The notes under the pieces are model-generated. The model was given only the letters and a program-made list of their open reading frames with translations, did not search any database and was not told the origin of the DNA. Of a stretch of DNA of 64,000 nucleotides, positions 57,839-64,000 are shown one piece after another. This stretch comes from Fistulifera solaris. Lineage: Eukaryota. The stretch lies in NCBI GenBank assembly GCA_030295235.1, contig AP026128.1:1116001-1180000 (forward strand), written 5' to 3'. Numbering within the stretch: the first letter of the stretch is position 1; every line of letters begins with the position of its first letter. The translations under genes were made by a program, and so were the position numbers.

Positions 57839-59035
57839 TTAGACAAGGCCTAATAGGTGCTCTAATTGATATCCAGCATAGAGCACAGGCCACATGGCTA
57901 GCAAAGGCCAGGTAGAAGACAGAACGCTTTGAGAGAGCTGAAAAGCATGCTTCGGCTCCAGATCCTTCCGTTGCAACTCATTTGCAACGGCCAACTCAAT
58001 CTCTAGAGGCGGACTTACGTTCCTCGACTCTTTGACGTCGACCGTGATCAGATTAGGATCCTCTTTCAGTTTTGCATTCTTATCTTCGTTCGCCACTTTT
58101 GACAAAATTGTAACCCATACTACCTCCATAGCATCCACCCACAGCAGTTTAAGGTCGAGAGGCACCGCGTGGGAAAAAGAAATCGTGTGCACAAACGGCC
58201 AGAATCTCCACGCCGAGCGTAATGCCGGCCATGAAGTGGTCTTGACATCCTCCCATACCTGCTGAGGATGACGCATTGCCAGTGCCCCAATAATGAAGCT
58301 GTAGGCCGCGTTCAAAAAGACCGCCCAAATAGTTAAATCTGCCATTACCTTGATTCCGGTAGCCCACCAAGCTCCGTTAAAGTCAAGATGCGTCTCCATA
58401 AAATTCAGCCAGTGGTGACAAAGAGGACCGTGTCCTATAAAACCAGCAGCACCCGAACGAAAGGAGCGTGGTAAGTCGAAATCACTGAGCGTGCGTCCCT
58501 GATAGATTTGCGAGACGAAGTCACCCAAAGCGTACGCTACACCGGAAGTGCATGCCTTGTAGAAGATTGGATTGTTGGGCACTAGTGCTTCGTACGAGTG
58601 TATGAGATCCAAAGGCAATCTGGCAAGTAGATCGATCGCCACTCCCACCTTGGTCATGTCTTCCGTCATTTCGCCGAGTCCGTACGTCCACAGTGCAACC
58701 AGTGCTTCGACTTGCACATGAAAAAGCTGATAGACGATTGATAGAAAAATAGACCCGAGTATAGCGCCATTGATCCACACGATGCTATCAATACGCTTGG
58801 TGCGTTCAAGTTGAAGTTCTGCTGCTGTTTTCTTGGGCGAGGAGGAATGCATTAAAACATTACGTTGGAAATGAGGTGCATTTTGAGTGTCGCCCTTGGG
58901 GTCAGTGCGATGCCATATATTTCGTCTCGCGCTTCGACATACAACCCTTTGATGATTCGAGGTTTGAAAAGAGGTAGTAATACCAGAAATACAGAGCAGT
59001 CCTATAGATGCAGATTGCAGGCGAAGAAGCTTCAT
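57839..59035 (-). CDS. Mpv17/PMP22 family membrane protein with bipartite presequence
   Basis: NPIFYKACTSG..YALGDFVSQ, GFIGHGPLCHHW, KVMADLTIW, W.FWPFVHTISF..VP.DLKLLWVD; TTSFQ cleavage-like motif. Confidence 0.9.
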   Translation of the reverse strand: MKLLRLQSASIGLLCISGITTSFQTSNHQRVVCRSARRNIWHRTDPKGDTQNAPHFQRNVLMHSSSPKKTAAELQLERTKRIDSIVWINGAILGSIFLSIVYQLFHVQVEALVALWTYGLGEMTEDMTKVGVAIDLLARLPLDLIHSYEALVPNNPIFYKACTSGVAYALGDFVSQIYQGRTLSDFDLPRSFRSGAAGFIGHGPLCHHWLNFMETHLDFNGAWWATGIKVMADLTIWAVFLNAAYSFIIGALAMRHPQQVWEDVKTTSWPALRSAWRFWPFVHTISFSHAVPLDLKLLWVDAMEVVWVTILSKVANEDKNAKLKEDPNLITVDVKESRNVSPPLEIELAVANELQRKDLEPKHAFQLSQSVLSSTWPLLAMWPVLYAGYQLEHLLGLV

Positions 59036-61223
59036 CTTCAAGTTCAGTGGGCTGCAAGTGATTTGTGGGCGCGATGATCGATGTGCTGTTGCTAATGCCT
59101 TCCGACAGGCGAATGAAATGCCAGAGCAAACTCAAAGTTGTCTTCCAATAAAATAGGATCTATTGCCGATGATAAGAGATATTTCGATAAAGGACAAGTT
59201 AGTCAAAGAGAGTTTCATGAAATCGATGACGAATTATTGCGAAAGAAGAATTCCATTTCACTTCGAGAATTTTTTCTCAGAAAAAAGTGAGGGCAGCACG
59301 TTCTTGACTGTATGCGAAGCTGTAGCGTTGTGCCGAGCAGACATAAGGTGGGCGATGGAGGGAAACGCACAAGAAATTCGTGAACGCGGCATTGTTATTA
59401 CGTAGTATTGATCGAGGCTGTTTTCATATAGTGGTTATACGTGTTGATAGCATTTTGAACCCTAATATGCTACCTAAAATGCTATCCAAAAGTACATTTT
59501 TGCGCAACTCGTATTCTGTTCAATTTAAGTCCGTTGATGCTAAACAAAGAACTAGAAGCTTGTTTTGATCCATAAGAACAATCGTATACCCCCAGGTCAA
59601 CGTTGAAAATGACCTGCTCGCGACCTGGAGGAAGTTTCGTCCGCACGTTTTGTTGAAAATTTTCACATCTGAATCCGGTACCCAAAGTACATTTTATCTC
59701 TGACTAGCTGTCTATCCGGTTTCGATAAAACGTGATTTTATCGCAAAAATCTGAAAATGACCGAAAGCACACGTGAGCCGACGAGCGTCAAAACAGCACC
59801 TTGCGGCCATGAAGACGACGGTTCTGAGCAGCAGCGTGTCCCTTTGATCACAGGAAGACTCTGAATTCTTTCATATCACACGAAAACAAATAAATAATTG
59901 TTACAGTCGCTGAGCGATAGCAGCGTTGACGCCTTGACCACGTCGCCGTGGCATCGCCAGCATAAAGGCCAACAGAATGAATTTGTGTGTCACAGTCAAA
60001 GCCTACAGTTTATTGCAACATTTGCTGTAATGAGAATAACCGGTATACAAGATCTGACTGTGAAAATGAAAGCAGAAGACGGTGAGACGAGTCCACACGG
60101 CGCAAATGATACTCGCTCAGCGCAATTCGTATTATAAAGAACGTCTTGACTTCCTTTACACCTTGAATCAACGCAACTGCTTCCGTCTCATCAGCTTTTC
60201 TTACGGTTACTCTATGCTTCGACAAAAAGTAAGCGAGATCTATGTGATTGTGGATAAAAGAAGTCGGCAATTTGCTTCTCGTAGGTGAGACCGAAGCACT
60301 CGTGAAATATCTCATTTGATCATCCAGCGCCCATAAGAAGAAACAATTGCCGTGGTTCGTTTGCACATTCAAACCGTTTAAACACGGTTAAACTAACTCA
60401 TAGAATAATTTGGAGGAAAAGAGGTGGTAGCAACATGAGAGTCGGCTTAAACTGAAGTAGCAATATTCAGCGGCACGTCGCGCAGCTTTTCGAGTATGAA
60501 TGTCGCGCTTTTTCGTCGGAAGTACATGATGTATTACTAAAAAAGCATTTTAGCCATTAACAATAAATCTATGGCCTTAAAAGCAGTGTGATGGCGCCAA
60601 GCGCATGAAGTCAAAGTAGCCTTCACTCGGAAAAACCGATTAATAGTAGATGAGAGCGGAATTGTGCCGTTAACATTCTTCCCCAAGCAAGGACTGCGTA
60701 TTTCATAAGTTCATTAGTAGTAAGAACAGAATTGGCGAGCGATCTGGACAGGAGTTAACTCGTCTCAAGAGCCACGACCTAGGAAATTTGATAGCATTTG
60801 AAATTGAATCGTTTCTTAAAAAGGCAACGCCACGATTTCCTGTCCCGTGAATAGCCCAGGTTTGCCTTTGCACCCAACAGGCTTAGACAGAGAGTTTCCT
60901 GTCCTTATAGCCTTTACATTCTTGCTTTATGTCACTTTCAACGCAAGTTTTAGCTAATATGCTATCCCATATGCTATCCCTTTCGGGGCACCTCAACTTT
61001 TGACACCGACGTCGTATCGAGCCTATTCTTTGTTATATAAATCAAGCTCAATAAGATGTTTTATTATATTGAAAAACGAAAGCAACCCGACATGTTTTCG
61101 AAAAGTTATGGTATCGCAAAAATAGTGAAATTGGATAGCATATGATATTCTACTACCAACACGTATAACCAATAGATTGTAGACCTACGATGCCATGTTT
61201 CTAATACAATAAATGCTTAAATC

Positions 61224-62682
61224 ATGACCAAATTCTCTGGAGAGATCATCATTCGCGAATACAGCGAACCGCCGGGGTCAAAACATGCCCAGTATCGCGA
61301 ATTCGCTCTGGTTGACAACCAGATTCGTTCGCTCGACGAGTCTTTGTTTCATTTGCGTTCTACCGTTATCACGTCAATCTCGTCAATATCGCGATCACTT
61401 CAAGATGTTTTTCTACCGGTTGGTTTCCCGCAGACGGTGGGTCCTGGTTATTGGGAGTATCAGTTGTATGACAGTCTTCAAGGAATTTGCAGTTATTTGC
61501 GAGGCGTCGTCAGTTCTGCCCATGTTCTACACGCGGCGGGTGTAGGCAACCGAGAAGCTACTGCTTGGAGTGCTGCCTTGACGTGGGCTCTGAAAGATGG
61601 TATGGGAATGATGGGCGGGTTGGTCTTCTCGTCTTGGGCGGCACCTCTTTTCGACTCGTACGTGAAAGAGTTTCGATTGTTTGCGGACCTCATCAACAAT
61701 CTTGGTCTCACGCTCGATATGCTGTCACCACTGGTTCCCTCCCACTTATTTCTGTGGGTAGCCGCTGCTTCTACTTTGTGTAAAACCATGTGCGGAATGT
61801 CGGCCGGTGCTACCAAGGGAAGTATCACGCAACATTTCGCCGTGGCGGGGAATTTGGCCGACTTACTTGCCAAGGAAGGAACTCAGGAGACACTCGTGTC
61901 ACTGATTGGGATGACGTTCGGTATTGCGCTGGCTAGGTATTTTCAAAATTTGGAAGAAACAGTGAATGCTCATCCGGAATCGGCTGGAACAGCGTGGAAG
62001 ATACAATGGATTGTTTTTGGGTTTTTGACTTGTCTTCATGTATGGGCCAACTACCGGGCTGTTCGAGGTTTGAAATTACGCTCATTGAATCGACAACGCG
62101 CTGAGTGTGTATTGAGACCTCTTGTTAAGCGATTGTGTAATGATCAACCGGTGCCAGAAAAACGAAAATCCGTCATGAAAATACTAGATTTGATCGTTGG
62201 ACCACAGGATGTGCAAGAGTCACTTGCAGTGTCCACCTATCACATGCTTTGGCCTTCTCGATGGAGCAAACTGATACTTGGATGCCCTTTAACGCAGCTA
62301 CTTGCTACTGACATCGGGACGGGACAGGCGAAAGACGTTCTTGAGTTATTTCGAGACAATGATTACGTGCTGTGGCCATCACGGAATGGACAAATTTTAG
62401 TAACTCTTCTTGCCCAAGCGTGCCGTGAAACAGAGATCAGAGCCTTTTTCACGCATTACTAATTCGAGAAATACTGCCGGTTCCTGCAGCTAGTGGAGAT
62501 ACGTTTTTGATATTGTAAAGCGCACATATATGTGGGTTCAATGGTTCTTTGACATAAAAGACGATGAGAGCGAAGTCACCTTGTACAGTAGGCTGCAAGA
62601 AAAAGGATGGGACATCCAGGAGCGCGTTTATATCGGCTTTACAAAATCTCGATCTTCGTGGATGAACACGAAATCCGAATAA
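61224..62682 (+). CDS. RUS1 / ROOT UVB SENSITIVE (DUF647) family protein; frameshifts near 62449 and 62505
   Basis: FLPVGFPQTV..GYWEYQLYDSLQ, LTWALKDGMG, K.FRLFADL.N, GAT...ITQHFA..GNLAD..AKEGTQET, HVWANYRAVR.L.LRSLNRQR; tail L.EKGWD to TAA 62682. Confidence 0.9.
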
Positions 62683-62884
62683 CAAAGTAATCCTTTTCTG
62701 AATTAGTTGCGAATCAGCCCGTCATACAAGTAGAAACTATTGTTTTCACTAAAGTACTATTCAGCTGTTGCGGATTATGGATTTAAGACCCTATTTTTGA
62801 TAAAGATCCTCTAGAAAAATCATCTTCTTGCCTACCTTTCACGGGACTGGAATTGTTTGTTTATTCATTCCCGAGGAAGAAATA

Positions 62885-64000
62885 AGGATGCTTTTCGACG
62901 CAAATAGTTGCGTTTCGAATGAAGATGATCGTTACTCCGTAGTTCATATCATTATATTTTCATGGTATTTCATTACACACATAGCGCTTTTGTTTGTGGA
63001 CAACTTTGGTGCTCTCATTGCTTCGGTGTCGTTTCAAGTGACAGAAATTGAGTCGCGATCGCGTACAACCAACACTTTATCATCATAGTGAAACTGGCTG
63101 TCGACTATACGGATGCTTTCCGACGCAAATAAATAGCTGCGTTTCGAATGAAGATGATAGTTAGTTCATATATTGGTATTTCCATGGCATTTGATTATAC
63201 AATTCGCGCTTCTGTTTGTGGAAAACTTTGTCAGCGTTTCAATAATATCGTGTCGGTGTGCGGTGGATTTCATCCATTGTACATTGGGTCAGTTGTGTTT
63301 CTCTAACTTGTATTAGGTCTAGGGTTTCGGTTCTCTTGTAGGGATACATAAGCATACCTAGTAAATAAAATTCTAGCCATTTTTTTTTATTTTTTTTTTA
63401 TTTAAAAAAAATTTAGTCGCGATCGCGTACAACCAACACTTTACCGTTATAGTGAAAATGGCCATCCGGATCAATACCCACATTTTTTGTCCGTTGGAAA
63501 TATTTGTACTGTCCATGGCCACTGTTAAGGGCATGTAAAATACAAGCCGGCACTCGAAGGATCACGTGAATAGTACACGCAACGAGCAAAAAAAAATGTG
63601 GGTATTGATCCGGATCCAACTAGCCATTTTTGATCGTGACCGGAAAGGACGTTAAAATTCTGCCTGTCAGTACAAGTTTCTACGTAGATCCTACGGCGAG
63701 GCACAATTTTAACGTCGTTTCCCAATTTAGTCGCGATCGCGTACAACCAACACTTTACCACAATAGTGAAAAATGGCAGTCGACAATACGGATGCTTTTC
63801 GACGCCAATAGTTGGGTTTCGAATGAAGATTTTAGTTAGCATATATATAGGTTTTTCCATGGCATTTAATTACACACTTTGCGCTTTTGTTGGTGGACCA
63901 CTTTGGTGCTTTCATTGCTTCGGTGGCGTTTCAAGTGACTGAAATTTAGTCGCGATCGCGTACAACCTTCACTTTACCACCATAGTGAAAATTGCAGTCG
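62885..64000. repeat. Degenerate ~220-225-bp repeats, an inverted diverged relative of the 38488-39255 satellite
   Basis: AGTCGCGATCGCGTACAACC at 63051, 63415, 63729, 63948; GGATGCTTT.CGACGC at 62886, 63111, 63790. Confidence 0.85.

Noticed and set aside
60957..61145. Resemblance to EBNA1 binding half-sites (GGATAGCATAT)
   Set aside because: Only half-sites, with no viral or vector context; treated as coincidence.
63380..63413. Poly-T/poly-A hairpin as a terminator or retroelement tail
   Set aside because: Low-complexity tract inside a degenerate repeat; no TSD or element body was identified.

Overview
Gene-dense eukaryotic nuclear DNA, almost certainly a diatom (probably pennate). Supporting signs are short GT-AG introns, several ASAFAP-type bipartite plastid-targeting presequences, a diatom-specific cyclin and a fused BIO3-BIO1. 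About 33 protein-coding genes are supported, including NDUFA5, glycyl-tRNA synthetase, RPT4, RPL35, MsrA, AUH-like hydratase, a P450, a 2OG oxygenase, a KMO-like monooxygenase, Hikeshi, a CK2alpha-like kinase, FSH1, Mpv17 and RUS1. More than half are broken by 1-bp indels, mostly in homopolymers, which points to long-read assembly error and not true pseudogenes. The most unusual features are mainly non-coding: (1) five arrays built on the palindrome TCCAGAAnTTCTGGA, four with a ~52-bp period, each ending within about 200 bp of a start codon; (2) a 580-bp non-autonomous Helitron-like insertion (5'-TC ... hairpin-CTAG-3', A|T target, (CA)n cargo) nested in a ~223-bp satellite; (3) a dispersed spaced palindrome TGACTG-AAAT-nCAGTC in many intergenic regions. 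In coding sequence, the BIO3-BIO1 aminotransferase half appears to lack the PLP lysine. All calls come from motif recognition by eye; no searches were run.
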